Source of the DNA: Pelomyxa schiedti
Lineage: Eukaryota; Protista; Evosea
Assembly: GCA_020536535.1 (NCBI GenBank)
Contig: JAHLWZ010000583.1
Coordinates: 9,922-73,921, forward strand
DNA: 64,000 nt
Direction of reading: 5' to 3'
The position numbers were made by a program, and so were the translations under genes. The notes below the pieces were generated by a model, which worked only from the letters and a program-made list of their open reading frames with translations, did no database searches and was not told where the DNA came from. Positions within the stretch are counted from its first letter, which is position 1. Every line of letters starts with the position of its first letter. Shown piece after piece: positions 52,499-64,000 of the stretch.

Positions 52499-54840
52499 AT
52501 GAGCGGCCAGTCCAGCGACGAACACGACGCACAGCCAACTGCATCGACCAAACGACGACACCATGAGCAGCACTCAGGGGACGACCAAAACCACAGCGGC
52601 CTGAGACGAAGACGAGGGGGCCACGACCACAAGCACACCCCAACAACAACACCCACAACCACAACAACCGTGGGCGACCAAGACCAACCCGATGATGAGG
52701 ATGACGATGTGACAAACAACAAGCCCAGCCACCACGACCACGACCACGGCCACCACCACGACGGTGACCACAAGCACAACAGCAAGAGCAAGCGAACCCA
52801 CCACGACCACGACCACGACCACGACCACGGCAAGAAACCAAGGGACAAGGACAGCGACGCTGATGACGACGACGACGGCGAGGGCGACGACGACGGAGGG
52901 CACCGGACCGACGATGCCAAACGACCTCCAGCCGCCACGCCACCAATGGTGCCGGCAACAGGTTGGTTATTGTAGGGATATTGTGATGTGACTAACAGGG
53001 AAAAAAAAACACTGAAAGACATGAAACTGTACACGACAGAGGTTACCTTGGCGGAACTGATGAACGAAATGACGGAAGTAGTATTTCCGGAAGTAGTTAG
53101 ACAGAAATGGGGTGTAATGGTTGTGCACAATTTGCCACACACAGTTGTACTAATGCACTCCCAGACATTCACCGATGTCAAAGATTTCATAATGAAATCA
53201 CACGAACTATTTGGGAAATACTTGACAGGCCGGCTGCCCAAGGGGGTGACTGTCACGCAAGAACTCTGTACAGCACTTCACCTGAAAGTCCAATCTGTAA
53301 ATCAGGCTATTCCTGTGCACCAAGCACTCATTTGGTGCAAGGAAAATAATATGGAGTATTGCATGGAGCCATTTCTCAAGCACGATGTACCATGGAACAC
53401 ATTTTCCCATCTTACTCCCCCAAAGATTACCTTTTCAGTCATGAAGAGGCTTACATACGATGATTGCATGGAGATAGGGATGAAACTTGGGGATATTTTT
53501 AAATTTCAGGCCAATTTGGTGAATATTCAGATACCCATTGCTATCGACCCTTCAAAGAGCACCAAATATCTCCTCATCGAGAACTTGTCCTTCACACTTG
53601 ACAGGATTTCTGAAGAACTGAATAGCGTAAGTAGTCAATCTTCATTTTTTCCCCCTCCAACAGTCCCGCAGTTTCAGGCACGGATAACACTTAAATGCAG
53701 CTGGAACCCGGACATGCACCTCGGCCTTGGCGTGTCTAGATTTCTCGCTCCTGATCTTGTTTGGCACCCTGAGTACAAGTTCAAAAATCTTTCCTCTCCC
53801 ACGTCATGCACAATTTTGTCGCAGTACGTCTCCTCCTCTGAGTCTGGAGGGCTCAGGCATGAGGTTTCTACGGCAATAGTTTAATCTTTCTAATGAAATT
53901 TACAGATATCTTATGTGTGTGACTGCTATGAAACTTTTGAACTGGAAAGGTTCCCTCTGGATAGGCAGCTTCTGCATGTCCAATTTGGAGTACCTGTAAC
54001 CAAAGACCCGATAGTCATTGTTCATGACAAATGTGAAATCAAAGCCGGAAGGTTTGATGATGTCTTTCGTTTGTCTTTATAATGCCATTAGGTGTGCCAC
54101 AACTGAATGGGTACTCCATGCAGTACGGGTGGAAAAGCCAGGCCGCGAAAATGAAGTGACTGTTATTGGGGAAGCAGAGCGTAAGGATCAATATTATTTG
54201 TGGAATTGCATGATCCCATTGTTTCTCATCGTTTCGTACGTATTCCCTCCCATTACATCCGCACCTCACAAAGTTTCAGAATGGGTTTTGTTGTTTATGT
54301 GTTCAATGACCCATCCAAGTATGCTAAAAGAACGGAGATTTCTGCTGGAATTATTGCTACTATTGTCTTCTTCAAGTATGTGCTGATGTCAATTTGGTCA
54401 ATTTGCGTTCTAACCAGTGCTTGTTAGATTTGCCGTCGGAGCCGCTGTAACTCGCACACAGGCATAATTCCTGCCCAAATCCTTTTGCGAAAAATTCTAA
54501 AAACGCAAAACAGTATCTAACGCAGCTGGATTGGTACATACTGTCATCGTTCCTGGTGAGCTTCTTCCTGATCATTGGGCATTGTATATCACTGGGGCTG
54601 GTTGTCAACGGCAAATGGCAAGCCGCCCGCATCATAGACATTGTGGTGGGGTCACTACTGGCAGGGTTCTGGGGTGCATTGCACCTCACAATCCTCGTGT
54701 GTGAACCACTGTTCAAGGAGAAGTGGAGCTCCCTGGATGACATACAAAAGAACCTGGGCCTGGACCAGGTGCTAGCCAAGGGCACCTCCTTGAATGCCTC
54801 GAAAATCAATACCTCAAGAAGGGCTCGGTTCCGGAGCTAA
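52499..54840 (+). CDS. Cys-less (Pro-loop) pentameric ligand-gated ion channel subunit with N-terminal His/Asp-rich tract and SAM domain
   Basis: WHPEYKFKN; ETFELERFPLDRQLL; ERKDQYYLWNCMIP; M2 RTEISAGIIATIVFFK; M3 YLTQLDWY; SAM-like WCKENNMEYCMEPFLKHD-ITFSVMKRLTYDDCMEIGMKLGD. Confidence 0.78.
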
Positions 54841-54925
54841 CCCAACCCACCCACGACTTCTAAGAACCTTGTACAAAGTAATAGAAAAGGTCCTTCCCAG
54901 AGTTTTTGTGGCAGACTGATCACCA

Positions 54926-56510
54926 ATGTCGAGCGACAGTGAGGACAAGGACCGAGGAGACGGGGACGAGGAGGACAGTGGCACCACGGCCACCCCTTCG
55001 GACGACAGCGACTACTCGACATCGGCATCCCCATCACCATCACCATCACCATCACCCAGCGAAGAGACCACCACCGACTCGGACCACAACACCACCACCA
55101 AGAAGAAAAAGAAGCACAAGGGAGCGCACGAGCACGAGCGCCGGCATGGACATGGGCATCGCAAGCACAAGCACAGCAGCAACAGCCGCAGCCACGGCCG
55201 CGGCCACGCGGACAAGGCGGGCTCGGGCACGGGCACGGGCGCGGGCACGGGCACGGGCGCGGGCACAGGAGTCACAGGAGGCACAGGGACAGGGGGGGTG
55301 ATGACGGCCAGAAACACGCCGGTGCTGACGGGTGTCAACCCATTCAGGGCGGGGATGAGGGTGAGGACGACCAAGACCACGGGGTCGGTGGAGGCCGGCG
55401 CCGAGGGCGTGGTGGTCAGGGGTCACGGCGTAGACAGGGTCCTCGTACAGTTCGGTGTGTGCGTGTGCGTGTGCCTGTGCGTGTGTTATATATACTTGCT
55501 CAAATCCTACTACCTATATGATGATTGTGGTTGGTGAACGCGTTGTCTAACCTATTCTGCAAACGGTCTAATGAAGATAAAAAGATCATTACGGGCTACG
55601 GTACAAGCAAGTGAACCTGGTCACTCAGATAGCTGCAAAATCATGCAGAAAGCACGTTAGAAAAGCACAATCGGCACCGTGTACTCCTGTTACTCCAGAA
55701 CCACCACGTAAGACCACGGTCATGCAACTACAACCACCGCTACCTGTACAACTCCGCAGGCCTGCCCCGTTACACCGCTGAGGTATCCCATCTCAATTTA
55801 ATTTATTTCTTCCCAACTGTATAAGTGTCGAAAAAGAAAATCCAACACCGGACACACATGAACCGAGGTATGAAACATTTCCTTTTTTCCTCCTGTAATT
55901 TTTTCACAAGTGGAACCTCTGGATACATTTACGTTATGCATAACGCAACAAAACAGCTGTGCCACATTGGAGTAAGTCATGAGCCATCCACTACATGGAA
56001 AGCCATCAGTGACGAATCATCACGTGAAGCGTTGCTTGCTGTTTTTCATTGCGCCAATCCAACCAAAATTGAGGCAGATCTTAGTGCTTTGCTGAATGCA
56101 TGCAATATCACTGGAACCCAGGTTCTACTTGTCCAGTCTTCGCTGTAACTTATCAAACATAGAATTATCACTGCACTCCTCTTGTGGCTATTACAACACT
56201 ATCCACTCTGATTTTCACTGGCTTTGAACACCTTCCAGTTAACTCTCCACTTTCACCCTTGTCTGTCCCAGGAAGGGACTTTGAACCAGCAGTATCCACG
56301 TTTGTTCCAAGCTTCCTCTTCCCTCACTTATGTATCGACCAAAACAGGTACAAACCAGCTTTCAACACTGAACTCTTGTCCTTTACATCAGATACAACAG
56401 AGAACAACATCCTCAACAATATGGATCCACAGTTCGACTTCAATCCCCCAGAGTTGTTGACTTTACCTGTTGCTGGAGATACACCCAGAAGCAAGCAGGA
56501 TAACAGTTGA
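54926..56510 (+). CDS. Hypothetical protein with SH3-like barrel and degenerate T5orf172/GIY-YIG-like domain
   Basis: FRAGMRVR...GAEGVVV...VLVQF; GYIYVMHN...HIGVS...IEADL. Confidence 0.5.
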
Positions 56511-56576
56511 CAATAATGTGAGGACAAAAAACAAAAACCTCCTTTTTACTTGTTTGTATGTATACATGAAATTTTT

Positions 56577-57627
56577 TTAGCCTCTGGTTAGCCTCTCTGT
56601 CCTCTCCACTACATCTTTGTGGAGGTGGATCAAAAATCCTGGTTTATTTTTCCCATCAATGACCAGATCAGGAACTGTGACTGTGGCTCCCTGTTTGTGT
56701 AATGAGAGGTAATAGCACCAACAAAATGCGCACGAAATTGGCTCCATCCAGCATTCCTTGTACAATCCCAGCAACAAAATACTCGCAGCGCAAATTGTCT
56801 GCTCCAGAGATGTATCTAGTAACTAGCAAATTATCATCAACGATTGCATCTGGAAGAAATCAGGCCAGGAAAAAAAGAAACAGAACAAACACACACTCAT
56901 CGCTGTCGTAAATTTTCAAATTGCATTCACTATTCTTGCCGAAAAGTCTTTTCCAAACAGTGTAGGATATCCATTTCTTTTGTGAAGTTGTATTATTAGC
57001 CGGCTAATAACTAGGTGGATAGTGCACACCAGAATGTCCTCGTGAGTAAGTTCTCTCGTTAGCTTCTTGTCCCTATTGAAACTGGCAAGCTCCAGCATTC
57101 TTTTCCCTATCCCATAACCCACATCAGCCATCCTATAAGCCCCGTTAAAGTCCCCTCCCCATGAGGAAAGAAAAAATACATATCGCACAGCCACACACAC
57201 AAAACGAAAAACCTGCTCAAAATTTGTCAACGCTCAAATTCGCGGCAACGAACAACCCGTAGCAGGCAGCCACCAACAAAAATTTAGAGCACACGCACGA
57301 GCGCGCACGCACACACGCGCACACGTACCTCTGATGGAACGCTTCGCCGGTCTTGGACCTCCCCTTGTTGTACTGCACGACCTCGCTGAACAGCAGCGAC
57401 ATCGCGTTGAGCGACACCTCGGCGCCGGCCCACCCCCCCACGTCGCGGTCCAGCCCCCGGCCCCCCACCACCGCCACGCCCCCCCCGTACGACCCCGACG
57501 CCGACGCCGCGCACAGCGACGACGACGACGACGAAGGCGGCGACGGCACGGGGGGCTGCACCAGGCAGTACTGTGGCGTCGTGTGCCCCAGCCCAAGCTG
57601 CCGATCCAGTGCACCAACACTGCTCAT
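56577..57627 (-). CDS. TRAPPC5: TRAPP complex subunit 5 (Trs31)
   Basis: EVSLNAMSLLFSEVVQY; GYGIGKRMLEL; FVAGIVQGMLDGANF. Confidence 0.9.
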
Positions 57628-57724
57628 CGATGTGCTCGACATTGGCTCGGTTCACAGAATTGTTGTGTGACACACAATCACGGAGAACGGGCTTCTCTCT
57701 CTCTCATTTTTTTTTTTTTTACAT

Positions 57725-59386
57725 TTAGAGGCAGTCGTCGATGAGGGAGTACATGATGTTCTGGGTTTGGGTGATGCGGCCGGCCATATCATTTATTTGG
57801 TCGGCCATTTGGAGAATGTATCCGCTTGTTGTTACGATATCTTGGGCGAGATTGTCCATCTCTTCAAACATGTGCTTCATTATTTGTGTTTCGTCAATCA
57901 TGAAGGCCTTCATGGTTTCCAGAAACTCTATAAAGAGTTGTATCATACCCCCTTCCCTTGTTCCTTGTAATGTTGCTTGAATGTCCTTCAGGATTGTTGA
58001 TTCCATGAGACCCGGAAATGGCACCAGCTCCAGTACTTTTGTTGGAGTTATGGTTGGTAAGTTTTTAACTGCCATAGCTTCTATTGGTCCTTGATTCCTC
58101 TGGGTATACCTTAGACCCAGGTTGTTACAGAAGTCCTCTACAAAGGCCTGCATCATGCTCTCTGTGTACAGAATTTGCTCGGTCATGTCAGATATTTGTA
58201 GCCCCATTGCCAGAATAAGGTCCTCTTCCTGTAGGATCTCATCTGACATCTCTAGTACTTGGTCTATAACACCCTCCATGGCAACAGTGGTCTGGTTTGC
58301 CATCCACAGCATGCCGTCCATCATATATATCATGATATCTGCGCAAATCTCCATTGCACAACAAAATGGATTCCACCAAGTGTCACACGGGAAATCAGTG
58401 TGCAGTTGTGCACCGTTTTTCCATGTGGCAATAAGAAGCCTGTGCCGTATCTCTGCGAATCCCGCCACCTGTGCTTTGGAATGGCTCAGGACGGGTGCAC
58501 TCACTGCGACGATGTTCCTGATGTGTTGCCTCCCTCGGTTGACTGGGGGATAGAATGGTATACATTGATCAGGGATACTTGCTGAAATGATCTCCTGATC
58601 TCCGATCTTTGGATTAACAGTAATGTTAGGTTGCAGGGCTGTGCAACAAGTTGCTGCAGCCTCTTCGGCCATCTCCTCTGTTTCTACAATTGCATCAGCC
58701 ATCACTCCTATTTGAGAACTCATGTTCATTATATCAAACTCTGTGGCGATGATATCATTCCCAAGCTCTTCTACGCACTTGTCCATTTCCGAAAGGAGGG
58801 AAGTGACATCACTGCACAGCTCTGCAAACAAAGCAATGGAAGCGTTGATCACTTGGTTCATTTCCTCTATAGGAGCACAGTGATCGTACTTGAGGCGCTC
58901 GCCTGCTTCGGGAGGTTGATTCCCTTCAGTGCCTTCTCCTTTTCTTTCTCCAGTGGGCTAATGTTGTGTTACCAATTTCATAACGAAAAGTGAATGCAGT
59001 ACCATTTCCAATACACTTGGTTCTTGTTTCAGCGCCACCTGAATTCTTTGTGGGAGTACTGCGGTGCCATGGCAGAAAGGTACACAGGTTTTAGTGAGAT
59101 TGGCCAAGATTTCCTCTGTGTGCACGATCCTGTCGGCCATGTATCCAATCTGCTGGGCCTCCATCAGAATTAGCTGCTCAGTGCACATAATCCTATTAGC
59201 AAAAGAGTCCACAGAGTCAATGACTTGGTTCTCTAGTGCGGCCCACTCCTGCTCACAAGCCAGACACTCATCAAGAAACTGCTTGCACAAGTCCATGAAG
59301 TCGTCGATTTCATTCCCTGCGACAGGCACACCAACGCCATCTCCTCCCGAACCAAATACTAGTAAAGACAACACCAAGAGGTACAT
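57725..59386 (-). CDS. Secreted Met-rich helical protein with four internal repeats (IGxMADRIxxTE-like)
   Basis: Signal peptide MYLLVLSLLVFGSGG; four aligned repeats; one intron near 58940-58990. Confidence 0.7.
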
Positions 59387-59629
59387 GTAGCAAAAGAGCT
59401 TTTGGTTTTTTGTTTCGGTGGAATTTTTTTTTACCGAGAGTAGTGCCTTTCACCTTTGTTGTAAGTGGTACCGTGCCACCAATAGGTTCCAATTTCCAAT
59501 TCTACCATTGATTCTAAGAAACCAGCGACAATTGATTTCGAAATCAAACACTTGGAACGAAACGATAGGAGTAGACTGCTATGTGTTCGGAGACCGAGAG
59601 GGCATCGCCAGCCAGGAGAGGAACTGGAG

Positions 59630-61751
59630 ATGGAGGGACTGGCCACCTACGGCGTCCTCGTCTGCTGTTGCGGCAACAACAACCCATCTATCATCACCGA
59701 TGGAGCTCCCACCGACGGCGGACAGATTCCTCCTCCAGTTAGGGTCAGAAGCACAGTCACCTGAAAACGATCGTGGGCAGGAGGTGGGCAGGGGCGAGGC
59801 CCCCGGCGCCGTTGTTTTAGCTGTGTGCTCCCGGGGTTCTCGTTCAATGAAGCTTGCCATTCTGGGTACATGATGCTGTACTCTGACGAGGCCAGTGTGG
59901 TGAGCCATCGGAACGTACTTATGGTAAACTGGGGGATGAATTCAATATACATGCAGCCCGCGGGAGAAGAGGCTCGGTACTTGGCTCGGCATTGGCCGTG
60001 TGTTTTTTTTTTCTTCTTTTCAAGACCCATAATATGGAATATTCGATTACTATGTTATCCACAGTAACTGGAAGCAGATTAGTGCGTGTAAAATGCTGAG
60101 CTATATCCTCAAGGAAAGGAGACAAAGTTTACTGGGAGTGATTTCCTCTGTTGTAGAAACCTCAATAAGGAACAGTCCTGTGAAATTTTATTTGATTCTC
60201 CAATTAGAGCCAGGGTACAGGGAAACTGCAGAGCTTGACTTCGAGTTATGCTGCGAATTCCTATTGGAGTCTGGTACCATCATTCACTTCAGGAATAACT
60301 TTTGAGCTCCTTCCAAGTTATCCAAAGTTATTGTTCTGCAGCCTTCCTTGTTCAGTGATGTGTTGGCAATGATAGTGCGGCATTCTCTCATCTTTGAACT
60401 CGTATCTGGATGACATCGATTGATGGTGCAACTTGATGTACTTCTGACTTTTAATGGGGACTACTGCATTTCACCACGTTTCCTCCCTTCCCCCCATCTT
60501 TTACCAATGTCAGACTCGACCACTTTTGGGGGGTCAAAGGAGTACAGGAAGAGCACAGAAAAGAGGCATCTGGGAGGTCAATTGATCTCGGGTTCCCGCC
60601 AATTGATGAATTGCTCCCCAAATTAGTGGCCATGCTAAGCCATCTCCCTGGAGTTGAAGGTGACTATGTGTGGAAAACTGGAGTGCGGTTCTCAATCACG
60701 AAGTTGCCCGCTTTTGTGTCGTGAGTTCTTATTACATACCCCGGCACCACAGATACATCACTTGACGTGTACCTGGTCACCTCTTTCGATCAAAAAGAGA
60801 AACCATTCCTAAAGTTCAACCCCATGACTATCGTCATTGCATGGTTGGAACAAGGAACAGGCCACAAAGGGCGTCATTCCTTTTGGACACAGTTCTTCCT
60901 ATGAGCATGAGGGCAAAGATTTTGAGGGATTTTGCAAAGGGCATCGACTACCTCCACTCCCAGAAACCCCCTTTTCTCCTTCCAGTGACCTTCTTGAAGA
61001 AGGTTGTCTGACAGGCGGTACCATTCTAGGCTAACTCGCCACCACAACACCTGCAGGTCACATTTTTATCACATCATTGGATGAATCAGAAACCGGACCT
61101 TGCGCCAAGGGTAACCCGCTCTTATTTCTATGCAAACAACTAACCACTAAAAAAAAGGTTGTACCTCTGGCAACCATACAAAAGAAGAAAATTTCACCGG
61201 GTACTACAGTTCCGCACCGGCCATTTCCCTCTTTGCCTGACAAAAAGGGTGCCTCAGTTGACCTGTGGAATTTCGGTACTATGACTTCCGGTGCTTACTT
61301 TTGTCACCAACCACACCGCAGGGATGCTGGTACACAATGTAGTTAACCCTGGGGCTTCATTGAACTACAAACACCAACCAATAGAACTACTAACCCAAAA
61401 CAGCAACCGCAAAGCAACCACAACCACCGGCATCGCCATTCCACACACCGCGGCGCCTTTGTTGACAACAATGGGGCCACAACAACGAGAATACAAGTGC
61501 ACCGCGGAACCAACTTCCAGGCCTCATACTCCCCTGTATTCCTGTCCCAGTCCGCACTCCCTCAAAATGAACAGCAACAAACAAGCATGCCGGACTGGGC
61601 CATGCAGGTGATCACATGTTGCTGGTGCAAGGATGACCCTCCTTCATTCTCGCAACTGCTCACCATATGGAATTGGTTCCGGGATCCTGTTGACCCCTCA
61701 TTCGACTGGAATGTGAATTTTCCTCCCACATCACTTTCTTCACATAAGTGA
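59630..61751 (+). pseudogene. Decayed ROCO-family paralogue of 19370-23679
   Basis: CCEFLLESGTIIHFR, VWKTG, LITYPG, SLDESETGPCAK, TSMPDWAMQVITCCW match the intact gene but with in-frame TGA stops, frameshifts and large deletions. Confidence 0.8.
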
Positions 61752-61791
61752 TGGGGAATGGGAATTTTCCAACCATCCAAGCTCAAGGACG

Positions 61792-62807
61792 ATGAGCTCC
61801 GGGGACAGCAAGGACGCAGGCGGGGCGGGCAACCAACAGAAGCCACCGACGGGGACAATCGGCGGTCCCCAACCTGAGAAGAACAGCGCGGACGCGGGAG
61901 CGGGCGACCGGGGCGCAGCCACAGCAACCCCAGCCACCGCCGCAGCTTCGGCAACCTCCCGCGCAGTGGTGGTTGCCACAAGCACAGGGGCGTCGGCACC
62001 GGGAGGGGCAAGGAGAGGGGGAAAGGGAGCGCGAGGGCGAGGGGGAGCGGGAGCGCGAGGGGGAGGGGGGGATAGCGGTAGCACCACCGGCACAGGGGGG
62101 AAGGGCAAGGGCAAGGGCAACAAGGAGAAAGGCAGCGGGGAGGGGGAGGGGGATGGGGAAGGGTCGAGCTCGGAGGGGGAGGGAGACAAGGAGGGCGAGG
62201 GAGATGGGCTGTATGACACGGACGAGGACGACGACAACGAGAAGTGGGTCGCCGACAACCTCGGTTCGTGCGTGTGTGTGGTTGTGTCACTGGAGATAAT
62301 GATAATAATAATAATCATTATGCTGGGCTATATTCCCGCATGTGGTGCTATTTGTTTTGGTAGTTAACAAAAAAAAAAAAAACAAAAAAAAATATGCAAA
62401 TTGCACATAGTAACCAAACACACAGGTTGCGGGGATGGAGTAGAGTCTGATGCCCACTTGAGTTGCCCGTGCTGCTTCACTTTGCTGTGCGTGGACTGCC
62501 AGCAGTATGTATCTCATTGTGAACCACACTCCGCTAACACAAAACAACCAGACACGAGATATACCACACACAATACCGGGCCATGTTTGTGCGGAACTGT
62601 AAAGTAGACAGGACCCAGACACTTACTTACACAGACAATAGCGAACCAACAAAAACAACCTCCGCTGCAAGGAGCACAGCTACCACCGTTGATGATGGCG
62701 CTTCTGGTGATACATACCACCCAGTGCTCTGTGCCAATTGTGGGCTTGAAGTTGGTGTGTTCGACAAGGACGAACTCTATCACTTCTTCAACGTTATTCC
62801 CAGCTAG
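61792..62807 (+). CDS. EAPP: E2F-associated phosphoprotein homologue
   Basis: LYDTDEDDDNEKWV; SDAHLSCPCCFTLLCVDCQ; QYRAMFVRNC; YHPVLCANC; YHFFNVIPS*. Confidence 0.9.
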
Positions 62808-62919
62808 ACATGATTGAATAACATGGTATCTTCATTTGTCTTTGTACAAAAAAAAAAGGAAGAATTTTTTCTATTCTCTAGTGTTACCTTTGTTTTTCTC
62901 TGGTTAAGTGTTTGAACAC

Positions 62920-64000
62920 CTAAGGATAGTACACATCAGGTTGTCCCTTTCTCATGTAACCACCACGCCCTGTGGGCCATAGCATGCAATTTGTGGCAGA
63001 CCCTGGGACTGTGTATATTAGCATTCTGCCATCAAATGTGTGGATAACAATTTCCAAATCACTAAACATGCCGGGTTTAGAGTGAATAATAAAGTTGAAG
63101 GTGTAAACATACCCATCACCATCCAGGTCAGCAACAGTGGGTGTGGCACAAGGCCCATTCCCATTTCCATTGAAACTGGTGTCACCTCCCCCTGCCGCGG
63201 CTGTGTTGAGTGGGACATCATGCAGCAACGTTCCCTGAAATAGGTGAGTGCGAGGACAAACAGTGGGGAGTTTTACTGTGTTGCTCAGAATGAAGAGGTG
63301 CTGGTTGTTCTCGGCGGAAGGTGGATCTGTTGGATATCCCCAGGTGACAAATATTACCTCGGCAATTCCATCCGCATTCTGTGTGGATCGATAAGTATTA
63401 TGGCTAAACACAGGACAGACAAACCAAATCTACAAGAGCAGGTTCTGAACCTTCAATTGCGTGCACCTGTTCATTGAGTTATAACAGGAAAGTTTTTGAT
63501 TTTTAGAACCTGAGGATTTATGCCGCAATAGGTGGCGAAATCCCACGTCCACTTGTGGGTTGCGGTGGAGTCGTAGCAACTGATAGTACCATCTCCAAAA
63601 GAGAATACCATTTCCAGATTAGAGTCCCCAGAAATGCTGCCAAAAGATATGGCCGGGATTGATGAAGCAGGATACCACTGTTCTTCTCTGCAAATGCAGC
63701 TCGCATTATAGCAATCCTATTGTGAAGGATATGTCTAAACAATTGGGTAACCACTGGCTCGAACGGACAATACCTGGCAGGTTATAGTGCTGCCATGAGG
63801 AGGTATCTCTGAATCAAAATGGGTCTTCCTCAACCCCGACCTTGTGGTGTTGGCAGTCGGGCTGCCTCCATTTCCATAGGCACCATCCAGTACAAAAAGA
63901 GCGCGATATTGTGTGACATAATTACATGTAGGATCGAATCCAAGTTCTGAGTTGGGAAGACTTAAAACTTCTGCTTGTCCATCGATATCTATATCCTACT
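62920..64000 (-). CDS. FG-GAP/VCBS-repeat beta-propeller protein, 3' part (5' end beyond window)
   Basis: DIDGQAEV, PTVADLDGDG-DLEIVIHT, C-terminal WPTGRGGYMRKG. Confidence 0.7.

Noticed and set aside
53387-53425. Apparent peptide insertions in long ORFs (also ~2165-2235 and ~20015-20077)
   Set aside because: Better explained as stop-free in-frame GT-AG introns; removal restores the domain patterns.
59630-61751. TGA recoding (Sec/Trp readthrough) in the second ROCO locus
   Set aside because: Frameshifts and deletions accompany the stops, and TGA terminates conserved genes such as MSH2, ARP6 and UNC50.

Overview
Gene-dense eukaryotic (protist) DNA with about 30 intron-rich genes, introns mostly 35-60 nt, and very short intergenic spacers. 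The gene families (expanded ankyrin-like protein, degenerate ROCO kinases, dynamin-related protein) and intron style suggest an amoebozoan such as Pelomyxa (inference, not verified). Recognisable genes: ARL3-like GTPase, a dynamin-related protein, MSH2, USP48-like, WDR25-like, SLC35B-type transporter, ARP6, UNC50, RPL15, APC11, TRAPPC5 and EAPP. There is also a ROCO gene plus a ROCO pseudogene, and a 100-N gap with an adjacent inverted duplication. The standout is an apparent circularly permuted tRNA gene at 38295-38372: the 3' half precedes the 5' half with a 5-nt spacer, its flanks are complementary, and a decayed extra 5' half lies upstream. Other highlights: a signal-peptide-less Cys-less pentameric ligand-gated channel fused to a SAM domain, a nesprin/interaptin-like tail-anchored actin binder, several catalytically altered GTPases, an F-box fused to a multipass membrane domain, at least seven GC-AG introns and sharp CpG-island-like 5' ends. 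Exon structures were assembled by eye; no database search was run.
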